NCBI GenBank assembly: GCA_963666735.1
Contig: OY762926.1
Location: 320,001 to 384,000 of the forward strand
DNA from: Gemmatimonadota bacterium
Lineage (GTDB): Bacteria > Gemmatimonadota > Gemmatimonadetes > Palauibacterales > Palauibacteraceae
Length of the DNA stretch: 64,000 nt
Direction of reading: 5' to 3'
Part shown: positions 17,467 to 26,551 of the stretch, piece after piece
How positions within the stretch are numbered: the stretch's first letter is position 1
How the letters are laid out: every line of letters starts with the position of its first letter
Translations under genes and position numbers: made by a program
Notes under the pieces: model-generated
Told to the model about the DNA's origin: nothing
The model's input: only the letters and a program-made list of their open reading frames with translations
The model's database searches: none

Positions 17467-18180
17467 TCAGGTGCAGGTGGAGGGATCGACCGCGATGGTG
17501 ACCGCCTCGGCGGTCAGCGAGTTACGGCTCATCCGCCAGTTGATGAGCGCGTTCGCGCCCAGCCGGCGCGTCTCGGCGATGACCTTCTCGAGCGCTTCCC
17601 GGAAAGTCCCGACCCCGGCGCCGGTGATCGTCGCCTGAACCTGGCCGTGTTCCTCTTCCTTGGGGCAGCGCTCGAGTTCCTGCCAGCTGGTCTCGCAGCG
17701 GACGAGACGCGAGTTCTGCATGTTGATCTGGTTGTCGTCGGCACCGAAGCAGGCCCATATGCGGTCGTCATCGCCGCCACCGCCACCGCCGCCGACGCCG
17801 GCGAGAGAGAACACCAGGTCCAGGCGGGTGATCTCCTCGGTGAGATTGGCCGTTGTGGCGGCTCCTCCCGTGCCCATGAACGCCGGCTGAACCGAGATCT
17901 CGACGCCGAGCGGCACGTAGCACAGCGTGTAGCCGCCGTCCAGCGCCGTCTGGCCCTCCATCTGCCCTTCCTCGCCGTCCTTCTCCCAACTGGCGACGAC
18001 GGTGGCGCTGGGCAGCCCCATCTGCGTGTCCGGGTCGGAGACGAGTCCCCACAGCGCGCCGGTCATGTCCGGCGAGTCCGGACACACCTCGTTGAGTTCC
18101 TGGGCGATGGCGGCGGACCCGTGAAGGCCAGCGCCGACGCAACCCACCGCCATCCCCGAAGCGAATCTTCTCAGCGTCAT
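17467..18180 (-). CDS. Secreted protein with a carboxypeptidase-regulatory-like domain
   Basis: GAGG RBS; signal peptide; GALWGLVSDPDT...SATVVASW...DGGYTLCYVP pattern. Confidence 0.7.
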   Translation of the reverse strand: MTLRRFASGMAVGCVGAGLHGSAAIAQELNEVCPDSPDMTGALWGLVSDPDTQMGLPSATVVASWEKDGEEGQMEGQTALDGGYTLCYVPLGVEISVQPAFMGTGGAATTANLTEEITRLDLVFSLAGVGGGGGGGDDDRIWACFGADDNQINMQNSRLVRCETSWQELERCPKEEEHGQVQATITGAGVGTFREALEKVIAETRRLGANALINWRMSRNSLTAEAVTIAVDPSTCT

Positions 18181-18232
18181 CGTCTTTCCTCTCCCGCGGC
18201 AGCTCTGAATCCGTTGCGCACTGAATTGCGCC

Positions 18233-19355
18233 TCAATTGCTCGTGTACTTCGTGAGTCCGCCCCCGGCGGCGGCCCGCGAGTTCGGTCCCTCCGCAGCAT
18301 AAACGTTCCCGTCCGCATCGACCGCAACACCCTCGCCGGCCTCGCCCTGCGGATCGTCGGATTCGTGCGGCGGGATGAAGGCCGTGACCCGGTCTTCCGA
18401 CGCGTGGCCGATCCGAACGCCCGTCAGCCAGTCCGAGTGCTGGTTGGGGTTCGACTCCGAGTCGATCGCATACACGTTGTCCCCGGCGTCGATGAAGAGC
18501 CCGCTCACGCGGCCGTACTGGTAGTGGGTGTCGAGCAGGTTCCCTTCCTGGTCGAAGATCTGGACGCGGTGGTTACCGCGATCCCGCGACGAAGAGGCGG
18601 CCCTGCGAGTCGAACTCCAGCGCGTGCGGCGTCCGGAATTCGCCCGGGCCGTCGCCGACCACGCCCCACTCCATGATGTACTCGCCGTCGGACGAGAACT
18701 TGATGATGCGGCCGGTCGAGCCCTCGGGCGGGTTCGCGTTCTGCCCGCTGTGGCCGTCCGAAACGAAGATCGATCCGTCGGGCGCCGTGATCACGTCGCA
18801 GGGTTCGTTGAAGAAGGTGCCGGGCTCGCTGCTGCGGACGCCCGCCTGCCCCAGCGTCATGAGCACCTCGCCCCCGGGCGAGAACTTCACGACGGTGTGC
18901 CCCTTGTCCTCCGTTCCCTGGGAATCGGTGATCCACACGTTGCCGTCATCGTCCACGTGGATCCCGTGCGGAAGCACGAAGAGGTCCGCCCCGAAGCTGG
19001 CCAGGATCTCGCCCGTCTCACGGTGGAACTTGAAGACGGGGTCGACGATGTTCTCGGCGCATCCGCCCGCGAGCGCGATCCCGCCGCAGCGGTCGTACGC
19101 CCAGATGTGCCCGTCGGTGGGATCGATGTCGATGCCCGCCGTGGAGCCCCACTCGCGGCCATCCGGAAGCTGGGCCCAATCCTTGATCACGTTGGGCGTG
19201 GGGTTCGGGAGACCCGCCGCCGCCGGATCCATGACCTCGGCCGAATCCACCATCTCCTCCACCGCGGCATCCTCCGCCCCGCAGGCCGCGATGCCAAGGA
19301 ACGCGGCCCCCAGTGCGGTGAGGTGCGCCAGTCCGGTTACGCGCAGGTTCTTCAT
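18233..19355 (-). pseudogene. NHL-repeat lipoprotein (peptidyl-alpha-hydroxyglycine lyase-like), split by a +1 frameshift
   Basis: NHL motifs PHGIHVDDDGNVWITD and GPGEFRTPHAL. Removing one base from the run at 18583-18585 restores LFVADRGNHRVQIFDQ and joins the 18233-18508 ORF. Confidence 0.85.
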
Positions 19356-19514
19356 GTTTCCTCCCAGCCGTTCAGTGTTGCGCAACCCGTACCCCGCCCC
19401 TGCGTCGCCCACATCCCGAAATGTGCCCCCGAACCGTCGATCTGGCCAGAGAATGGGCCGGGTCGCACTTTCGACCCGACGCACACGGAACGATCAACCC
19501 GGAGGCCGGCGCCG

Positions 19515-20402
19515 ATGGCGAACTTCCCGAAGAGACGCGAGCTTCGTCGCGCGAAGCGAAATTCCTGTCGCAGGAGCCGTGTCTTGAACGCCCTTCTCGC
19601 CCTGGGGGTGGGGACGGTGGCCGCCTGCGCGCCGAACGACGGCATCCCGCGAACGGCCTCGGGACATCCCGACTTCAACGGCATCTGGGCCGCGCTCGGA
19701 AACGCGTACTGGGACATCGAGCCGCACATGGCGCGTCCCGCGCTCGCCATGCGGGAAGGCCCCGTCGTGCCCGTCCCCGCCGACGAGGTCGTCGCGCTGG
19801 GCGCCGTGGGGTCCGTGCCGTCGGGGCAGGGCATCGTAGTCGGCGGGAGCATCCCCTACCTGCCGGAAGCCCTGGAGCGGCGTGACGAGAACCGCAGGCG
19901 CTGGCTCGAGCGCGACCCCGAGATCCGCTGCTACCTGCCCGGCGTCCCGCGCGCGAACTACATGCACCTCCCGTTCCAGATCTTCCAGAGCGAGTCAAAA
20001 TTCTTCATCGCCTACGAGTACGCCGGCGCCGTGCGCGACATCTATCTCGAGGATCCCGGTCCGCCACAGGTGGACTCCTGGATGGGCCAGTCGGTGGGGC
20101 GCTGGGAGGAGGACACCTTCGTCGTCACCGTGAACGGATTCAATGGCCAGACGTGGTTCGACCGGGCCGGGAACCACCACGGCTACCGGCTCACGGTCAC
20201 GGAACGGTGGACGATGCTCGGGCCCGGCCATCTCCTGTACGAGGCCACGATGGAGGACCCCGAGACGTTCTCGGAGCCGTGGACGATCCGTCTGCCGCTC
20301 TACCGGAACGTGGATCCCGACGCGCGGCTGGGGCAGTTCAAGTGCGTCCCCTTCGTGGAGGAGTTGATGTACGGACACCTCCGGAAGACCCCGATCCGGT
20401 AG
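19515..20402 (+). CDS. Conserved hypothetical lipoprotein (PRTxxGxPD family)
   Basis: GGAGG RBS; VAAC lipobox; IPRTASGHPDFNGIW, CYLPGVPR, WMGQSVGRWEEDT motifs. Confidence 0.75.
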   Translation: MANFPKRRELRRAKRNSCRRSRVLNALLALGVGTVAACAPNDGIPRTASGHPDFNGIWAALGNAYWDIEPHMARPALAMREGPVVPVPADEVVALGAVGSVPSGQGIVVGGSIPYLPEALERRDENRRRWLERDPEIRCYLPGVPRANYMHLPFQIFQSESKFFIAYEYAGAVRDIYLEDPGPPQVDSWMGQSVGRWEEDTFVVTVNGFNGQTWFDRAGNHHGYRLTVTERWTMLGPGHLLYEATMEDPETFSEPWTIRLPLYRNVDPDARLGQFKCVPFVEELMYGHLRKTPIR

Positions 20403-20421
20403 CCGGGGCCTGCCCGGACCG

Positions 20422-21519
20422 ATGAGATTCGCGAATCGTCGACGGCGCCCGCGAGGATTTTCCGCCGTCCTGCTGCTCGGAGCCGGACTCGGGGGCGGAT
20501 TCGGAGGTGTCTTTCTTGCGGCCTGCGGCGGGACCGGCGGCGTCCCCGCCGGAGACGGGGATGGGTGGATCGTCCCGCGGACTCCGGAGGGGCATCCCGA
20601 CCTGCAGGGCGACTGGACGAACGGGACCATGACGCCGCTGGAGCGCCCCGAGGGCGAGGCGCTCGTGCTGACGGCGGAAGAGGTCGCGGTCCGCGAGGGC
20701 CGGCGCCGGGAGCACATCGACGAACGAAACGCGCCGAGCGACCCGGACCGCGAAGCCCCGCCGGTCGGAGGCGACGGGTCCACGGGCGCGGCCGGGGGCG
20801 TGGGCGGCTACAACTACTTCTGGATCGACGCGGGCGACCGGGTCGCCGTGTTCGGCGGCGAGCCCCGAAGCTCTCTCCTCACATACCCGCAAGACGGTCG
20901 CATCCCGGAACTCACCGCGGAGGGCCAGCGGCGGCGATTGCGGGCCTACGGGCGGCTGGCGGGCGAGTACGACAACCCCGAGAACCGTCCCATCGGCGAG
21001 CGCTGCATCCTCTCCTTCGGTTCCAACGCCGGCCCGCCGATGCTGCCGAACTACTTCTACAACAACAACTACACGATCGTGCAGACGCCCGATCACGTCA
21101 TGATCCTGACCGAGATGGTGCACGATGTCCGCATCATCCGGCTGGGCGAGCCGAAGCCGGCCGCCGACGGGGTGCATCCATGGTTCGGCGATTCGTGGGG
21201 CCGGTGGGCGGGCGACACGCTGGTCGTGCGGACGACGAACCTGAACCCGGACCAGATGGCGGCATACGTCTACCTGTTCGGCCCCGGCTCCGGGAACATG
21301 ACCGTGACCGAGCGCTTCACGCGCGCCGGCGAACACACGATCCACTACGAGTTCACCGTTGAGGACCCCGACACCTTCACCGACAACTGGGGCGGGGAAG
21401 TGCCCTTCACACGACTCGACGGCGAGTTGTACGAGTACGCGTGCCACGAGGGCAACTACGCCCTCTCCAACGTCCTCAGCGGCGCCCGCGCCCAGGAGCG
21501 CCAGACGGCTGGCGGATAG
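20422..21519 (+). CDS. Conserved hypothetical lipoprotein (PRTxxGxPD family), paralogue
   Basis: LAAC lipobox; VPRTPEGHPDLQGDW, WFGDSWGRWAGDTLVV, YEYACHEGN motifs. Confidence 0.8.
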   Translation: MRFANRRRRPRGFSAVLLLGAGLGGGFGGVFLAACGGTGGVPAGDGDGWIVPRTPEGHPDLQGDWTNGTMTPLERPEGEALVLTAEEVAVREGRRREHIDERNAPSDPDREAPPVGGDGSTGAAGGVGGYNYFWIDAGDRVAVFGGEPRSSLLTYPQDGRIPELTAEGQRRRLRAYGRLAGEYDNPENRPIGERCILSFGSNAGPPMLPNYFYNNNYTIVQTPDHVMILTEMVHDVRIIRLGEPKPAADGVHPWFGDSWGRWAGDTLVVRTTNLNPDQMAAYVYLFGPGSGNMTVTERFTRAGEHTIHYEFTVEDPDTFTDNWGGEVPFTRLDGELYEYACHEGNYALSNVLSGARAQERQTAGG

Positions 21520-21602
21520 TTGGCGAATGTCGCGGATCGTGATTACTTTGTACCTACGGCGACGAACTACTCGAGCCGGCAACGGTGGCGGAGCGAAGCG
21601 GA

Positions 21603-21854
21603 ATGGAAACGCGGCTCATTCAGATCGGAAACTCCCGCGGGATCCGAATCCCGAAAGCCCTGGTCGAAGCGGCCGGGCTCGATACGCCGCTGCGGCTGAA
21701 GGTTGTGGATTCGGGTCTGCTCATCGAACGCGCGGGCAACCCCAGGGATGGTTGGGCGGAGGCGGCGAAAGAGCTTCGCGACCGTGGTGAGAGCGGACTC
21801 CTGGATGACCCGTCGCCAACGGCCTTCGATGCTTCCGGCTGGGAGTGGGAGTGA
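21603..21854 (+). CDS. mazE: AbrB/MazE-family antitoxin
   Basis: IGNSRGIRIPK swapped-hairpin motif; acidic C-terminus; GTGA overlap with the toxin gene. Confidence 0.9.
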   Translation: METRLIQIGNSRGIRIPKALVEAAGLDTPLRLKVVDSGLLIERAGNPRDGWAEAAKELRDRGESGLLDDPSPTAFDASGWEWE

Positions 21855-22177
21855 CGGAACCGCGACGCGGTGACGTGTATCTGGTTGCCCTCGACCCTAC
21901 CCTCGGCTCGGAAATCAAGAAGACCCGCCCATGCGTCATCGTCTCTCCCGATGACCTGAATCCGACGCTCGGCACCTATCTCGTGGCGCCGATGACCACG
22001 GGCGGCCGTGCCTATGCCTTTCGTATCGCTTGCCGGTTCCGGAACAGAGACGGCTTCGTCGTGGCCGATCAGTTGCGCACCGTCGGCCGCGTCCGCCTGA
22101 TCCGACGAATCGGCCGGTTATCTCACGACGCCATGACCGAGGCTCTCGACGTGCTTCAGCGCATGTTCGCCCCTTGA
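21851..22177 (+). CDS. mazF: PemK/MazF-family endoribonuclease toxin
   Basis: RGDVYLVALDPTLGSEIKKTRPCVIVS and DQLRTV motifs. Confidence 0.92.
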   Translation: MTEPRRGDVYLVALDPTLGSEIKKTRPCVIVSPDDLNPTLGTYLVAPMTTGGRAYAFRIACRFRNRDGFVVADQLRTVGRVRLIRRIGRLSHDAMTEALDVLQRMFAP

Positions 22178-22286
22178 ACCGGGCGCGGTCGCGCAAGATC
22201 GGGCGATCCTGTTATTCTGGATGGAATCGTGGAAGAGCCGGCGTCCCGGAGCCGGGTCGTGCACGTAAGAGACAGGGGTGAGATCG

Positions 22287-22805
22287 ATGCGGAAGCTGCC
22301 TCTTTATCTCCTGGCGGGCGGGGTCGCGCTGGCGGCGGCCGCGCCGCTGATCGCGCACCACGCCTTCGGCGCCGAGTTCGACCGGAACGCCCCCATCCGG
22401 CTCCAGGGCGCCGTCGTGCGGCTCGAGTGGGTGAACCCCCACACGTGGATTCACCTCGAGGTCGAGACCGATGACGGATCGGAGGTCTGGATGGTCGAGG
22501 GCGGGACGCCCAACACGCTCCTGCGCCGCGGCCTGCAGCGGGACTGCCTCGCCCCCGGCACCGAACTCATCGTGGACGGCTACCAGGCCAAGGACCACTC
22601 GCTCAAGCGCGCCAACGGACGCGACGTCACATTCACCGACGGCAGCAAGTTCTTCATGGGCTCGTCCGGCGCCGGCGCACCTCCCGGCGGCGCGCCGAGG
22701 CCGAACGATCCCGCCTACGAAGGCAACCCCTGCCAGCCTCCACCGGGTTGGGAAGGCGAGGTCGTGGAGGTCACGAGCCACAGCATCCTCGAGGAGCGCG
22801 ATTAG
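22287..22805 (+). CDS. Secreted DUF6152-like protein
   Basis: Signal peptide followed by HHAFGAEFD; EWVNPH and WMVEGGTPN motifs. Confidence 0.8.
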   Translation: MRKLPLYLLAGGVALAAAAPLIAHHAFGAEFDRNAPIRLQGAVVRLEWVNPHTWIHLEVETDDGSEVWMVEGGTPNTLLRRGLQRDCLAPGTELIVDGYQAKDHSLKRANGRDVTFTDGSKFFMGSSGAGAPPGGAPRPNDPAYEGNPCQPPPGWEGEVVEVTSHSILEERD

Positions 22806-22847
22806 CGCACGGATCCCGTCCGCGGGCGAGGGTCGTAGGGACGCGAT

Positions 22848-23348
22848 TCAGGCCGAGAAGCCGATCCAGCGCCCTGCCGCTGCGACCGTGAACCAGAGCC
22901 CCAGCGAGATCGCGGCGACGAGCCGTGTGCGCCAGTCCGCCCGTTCCGGGGCCGCGGCGACGATCCACTTCCGGCCTCCGAAGGTGAACGACAGCGCGAC
23001 CGGCAGTGAGATCATCTTCACCCAGAAAGACGTGTTGTAGTAGCACTTCACCGCTTCCGAGAGAAACAGCGGGATTCCGGTGAGGAACATCAGCGCCACC
23101 CCGGCCACGAGCCACGGATGCGCGTGCCGGACGACGCTGGCGATCGGCTGCCGCGTGAGCCCCGTCCCCCACAGCCGGAGGTCCGCGAGGAGCAGTGCCC
23201 CGCCGAGGAGTCCCAGCCCCAGGAGGTGGATGGCCTCGATGATCGGGAACGCCCAGATCGACTCGCGCACGACCGTGCCGAGCCCCGTGTTTTCCAGTCG
23301 CTCGAAGAAGGGGAGCCACGCTTCCGGCGCGAACTGACGTCCGCCCAT
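22848..23348 (-). CDS. DUF6644-like membrane protein
   Basis: WAFPIIEAIHLLG...DLRL...FWVKM...AGRWIGF; four hydrophobic segments. Confidence 0.78.
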   Translation of the reverse strand: MGGRQFAPEAWLPFFERLENTGLGTVVRESIWAFPIIEAIHLLGLGLLGGALLLADLRLWGTGLTRQPIASVVRHAHPWLVAGVALMFLTGIPLFLSEAVKCYYNTSFWVKMISLPVALSFTFGGRKWIVAAAPERADWRTRLVAAISLGLWFTVAAAGRWIGFSA

Positions 23349-23902
23349 CAGTCGCCCGCCACGGCGCAGCCCGCCGCCCAGTTGACCCAGCCCGGCTGTC
23401 CGGGGATGTCACAGTCGAACCAGTTGTAGGCGATGAGCCGGCCCGCCACGATGATGAGCGCCCACGCCGCGAGCGAGACGGCGCCCGCCGCCCGCGCCCG
23501 CCCCGGGAGGACGGGGAGGCGTTCCCACTCGACGACGCGGCGGTGGATCCCCCGGTGGAAGAGGAAAGCGTTGAGTCCGGCCGCCACGAACAGCAACACT
23601 TTCAATCGAAAGAAGATGTTGTGGTAGTAGCGGACCGGGTTGGAGTAGAAGATGAGAGACCCCGTGACGACCATGACGGTGAATCCGATCCGCGTCCACG
23701 GGAGGAGCCGGCCCGTAATCTCGGAGACGGGCACGCGACGCATCGTCCAGCCCAGCAGCCGGAGGTCGTTCATCATCACGGTGCCGAAGAAGAGGGCCAC
23801 GGCCAGGACGTGGGAGGATTCGATGAGCGGCCAGGCGAGCGTGGATTCCAGCAGAGCGACGCTCCAGGGGGTGCTCCCCAGCCACTCGAGGAATCGTTCC
23901 AT
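23348..23902 (-). CDS. DUF6644-like membrane protein, paralogue
   Basis: WPLIESSHVLA...DLRLLG...FRLKV...AGRLIAY. Confidence 0.78.
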   Translation of the reverse strand: MERFLEWLGSTPWSVALLESTLAWPLIESSHVLAVALFFGTVMMNDLRLLGWTMRRVPVSEITGRLLPWTRIGFTVMVVTGSLIFYSNPVRYYHNIFFRLKVLLFVAAGLNAFLFHRGIHRRVVEWERLPVLPGRARAAGAVSLAAWALIIVAGRLIAYNWFDCDIPGQPGWVNWAAGCAVAGD

Positions 23903-23914
23903 GGGCCGGCGGGG

Positions 23915-24394
23915 CTAGCGCCCGCCTCCGCCGTGCGGGTCGCTTGGTCGGAGGGTCTCAATCGCGTACCGGGCATGGCAGTCGCGGCACGCGTAGTAGA
24001 CCTCCGCGCCGGCGTCGAACACCGCGCCGGCGTTGCGGCGGTCCACCGCGTCCAGCGCCAGACGGCCCGTCTCGACCATCGTTCGCGAGTGGGCCATCCA
24101 GTCGTCGCGGTCGCGCGCCCGCCCGTCCATCATCAGCAGGTTGCCGGATTCGGCGAGGACGAAGGCGGCGTTGCGGAGCGACGTCCAGTCCTCCTCGGTC
24201 AGAGGCCGAAACTGATGCACGCCTTCTTCGTCGAGGACCTCTCCCACGCCGTCCCAGTAGGTCTCGGCGGCGGGTTCGAGCACGGAAATCATCAATTCCT
24301 GCACGTCCGCGACCGGGACCGGCCGCTCCGGCGCCTCCCCGGTACACCCGGCGGCGAACCAGAGGGCGAGGAGCGGCAGCTTGGAGTTCTTCAT
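23915..24394 (-). CDS. Lipoprotein with C-terminal CxxCH (cytochrome c'-like)
   Basis: AAGC lipobox; helical character; ACRDCH heme-attachment motif near the C-terminus. Confidence 0.75.
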   Translation of the reverse strand: MKNSKLPLLALWFAAGCTGEAPERPVPVADVQELMISVLEPAAETYWDGVGEVLDEEGVHQFRPLTEEDWTSLRNAAFVLAESGNLLMMDGRARDRDDWMAHSRTMVETGRLALDAVDRRNAGAVFDAGAEVYYACRDCHARYAIETLRPSDPHGGGGR

Positions 24395-24545
24395 GGCCGG
24401 GGAACCTATTCGCCCCGCTGCGGCGCGCGCTACGAACCCGGCGAGCGCCCGATGTCCGTTTTACGTTCGGAATGGTTGCGATTCCCCCGCGCACGAACCT
24501 ACGGTGCGCCACACGGGCCGTTCCCTCATTCCCGGAAGGTGGTTC

Positions 24546-25820
24546 ATGCGTACACGTTCATACGCCCTCGCGGCCGTCGCGCTTTCGCTCGGAATCCTCG
24601 CACCGGTGCTCGAGGCGCAGGAGCCCGGCGGCGAAGCGGAGGATCCGGTCGCGACTCTCGTCGGCCGGCTGACGCTCGGCGACTACAAGACGACGCTCAA
24701 GGGCTTGACGCAGTTCGGCGACCGGCGCCAGGGAACGCAGCGCAACCGGGACGCCGTCGACTGGATCGAAGCGCAACTGCAGGCGTTCGGCTGCACGAAC
24801 ACGGAGCGGGTTTTCTACACCTACCCGCCCCCGCCCCCGCCCGATGCGGCCCCCCGCGGCGCCCTGCCCCGCAGCGGCGCCCGCCAGCGTCCGCCGCCGA
24901 ACGCGGGAGATCTGACCACACCGACCGGGGGTCGCGTGGGGCGGCGCGGTCCGAGTTCGGGCGGGAGCACGATCTTCGGCTATCGCGGCCGGACGGGGGT
25001 CAATCGCGACCTCATGGCCCAGCCCGATGAGCGCATCCGCGAACTCAACCGCGAGGAGCCCGTCGACGGCGACCGGTCCCAGGTCTACTGCACGAAGGTG
25101 GGCACGACGCGCCCGGACGAGATGTACATCATCGGCGCCCACATGGATGGCCACGGCGTGAACGAAGCAGTGAACGACGACGGCTCCGGCACCGCCCTCG
25201 TCATGGAACTCGCCCGCATCTTCGGCGCGCCCGACGTCCAGACCGAGCGCTCGATCCGCTTCGTCCTGTGGAACAACGAAGAGACGGGCCTCAACGGGGC
25301 CCGCGCCTACATCGCCCAGCGCCAGGGAATGCAGGGAGTCGAGGACCCGCCCGGCTCCGGCCAATACCCCGAGCCGCGATGGCTCGGGATGATCCAGCAC
25401 GACATGATGCTGTGGGACCACGGCGCGCCGGGTCCCGATGGCCTCGTGAGCCGGGATCAACGGCCCGAGGCGGACGTGAACATCGAGTTCCAGTCCAACT
25501 CCGAGCGGGCGGGCGACTCGATGAGGCTCGCGTTTTTCTTCAAGGCCGCGAACGAAGACTACGCGACCGACTATCCGGCCGCGGTCGGTCCCCACATGAC
25601 GAACACGGATTCCACGCCGTTCATGGACATCGTGCCGGCGATCAGCCTGCGCGAGAACGAGCGGGGCGCGCAGGTCGGCGCGGGGTGGGACCCGAACTGG
25701 CACCAGCCGACGGACGTGTGGACGACCTACACCGACGACGACTTCCGGCTCGGCCTCAACGCCGCGCAGACGACCCTGGCCGCGATCGCCCAACTGACCG
25801 GCGCCGCCATCGACAACTGA
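24546..25820 (+). CDS. Secreted M28-family metallopeptidase
   Basis: GAHMD, NDDGSG, NNEETGLNG, QHDMM, NTDS and WHQPTD motifs. Confidence 0.88.
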   Translation: MRTRSYALAAVALSLGILAPVLEAQEPGGEAEDPVATLVGRLTLGDYKTTLKGLTQFGDRRQGTQRNRDAVDWIEAQLQAFGCTNTERVFYTYPPPPPPDAAPRGALPRSGARQRPPPNAGDLTTPTGGRVGRRGPSSGGSTIFGYRGRTGVNRDLMAQPDERIRELNREEPVDGDRSQVYCTKVGTTRPDEMYIIGAHMDGHGVNEAVNDDGSGTALVMELARIFGAPDVQTERSIRFVLWNNEETGLNGARAYIAQRQGMQGVEDPPGSGQYPEPRWLGMIQHDMMLWDHGAPGPDGLVSRDQRPEADVNIEFQSNSERAGDSMRLAFFFKAANEDYATDYPAAVGPHMTNTDSTPFMDIVPAISLRENERGAQVGAGWDPNWHQPTDVWTTYTDDDFRLGLNAAQTTLAAIAQLTGAAIDN

Positions 25821-25832
25821 CCGGCCCCGTCG

Positions 25833-26435
25833 CTACTTCCGGTAAGCTCTCGTGATCCGCACCGGGGGCGTGAGTTGTTGCGCCTCGTAGGGCGCCCGGT
25901 GGATCGCGAGCGCGACGTCCATGCCGTCCGCCACGCGCCCGAAGGCCGCGAATCCCTGGCCGTCGGGGTTCCGCATGCCGCCGAAGTCGAGCGACGGCTG
26001 GTCGCCGATGCAGATGAAGAAGCTCTGGGTTGCGGTGTCGGGGCCGCCGCGCGCCATCGAAACCGTCCCGTCCTCGTGCGGGATCCCCGTCTCGGAGGTG
26101 CGTTCCAGCGGGATGGGAGGGAAGGACTCGACCTCCGAATCCGGATTCCGCCCGCCCTGGACGACCGCGATCCGGATGGAGTCGCTGGGCTGATTGTCCG
26201 CGTGCACGGTCCGGAAGAACGTGCCGCCGTCGTAGAACCCGCCGTCGACATAGCGGAGGAAGTTGGCTGCGGTGACGGGAGCCCGATCGACGTCGACTTC
26301 GAGTTCGAACGTCCCCATCTCCGTCTCGATGATGACGCGCACAGGGTCTTCGGCCACGGACGCCGTGGACCGTAAGCCGGCAGCCGCGAGACTCAGCGGG
26401 ACGAAGACCGCGGCCATCAGATATCGAGTTCGCAC
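25833..26435 (-). CDS. Secreted cyclophilin-type peptidyl-prolyl isomerase
   Basis: APVTAANFLRYV, FFRTV, VQGG, GTVSMAR, FFIC and AAFGRV motifs; AAGGAGG RBS before the GTG. Confidence 0.92.
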   Translation of the reverse strand: MRTRYLMAAVFVPLSLAAAGLRSTASVAEDPVRVIIETEMGTFELEVDVDRAPVTAANFLRYVDGGFYDGGTFFRTVHADNQPSDSIRIAVVQGGRNPDSEVESFPPIPLERTSETGIPHEDGTVSMARGGPDTATQSFFICIGDQPSLDFGGMRNPDGQGFAAFGRVADGMDVALAIHRAPYEAQQLTPPVRITRAYRK

Positions 26436-26551
26436 GCTTGACCCTCCTTTTGCTGATCCGATCGGCACAACCTTACGTTTTCAGGCCAGCCTCGGGCGAC
26501 CCTGCCCTCGAACCGACTTCGCAGGCGTGTATCCAGCATGGGTGAAGAGAG

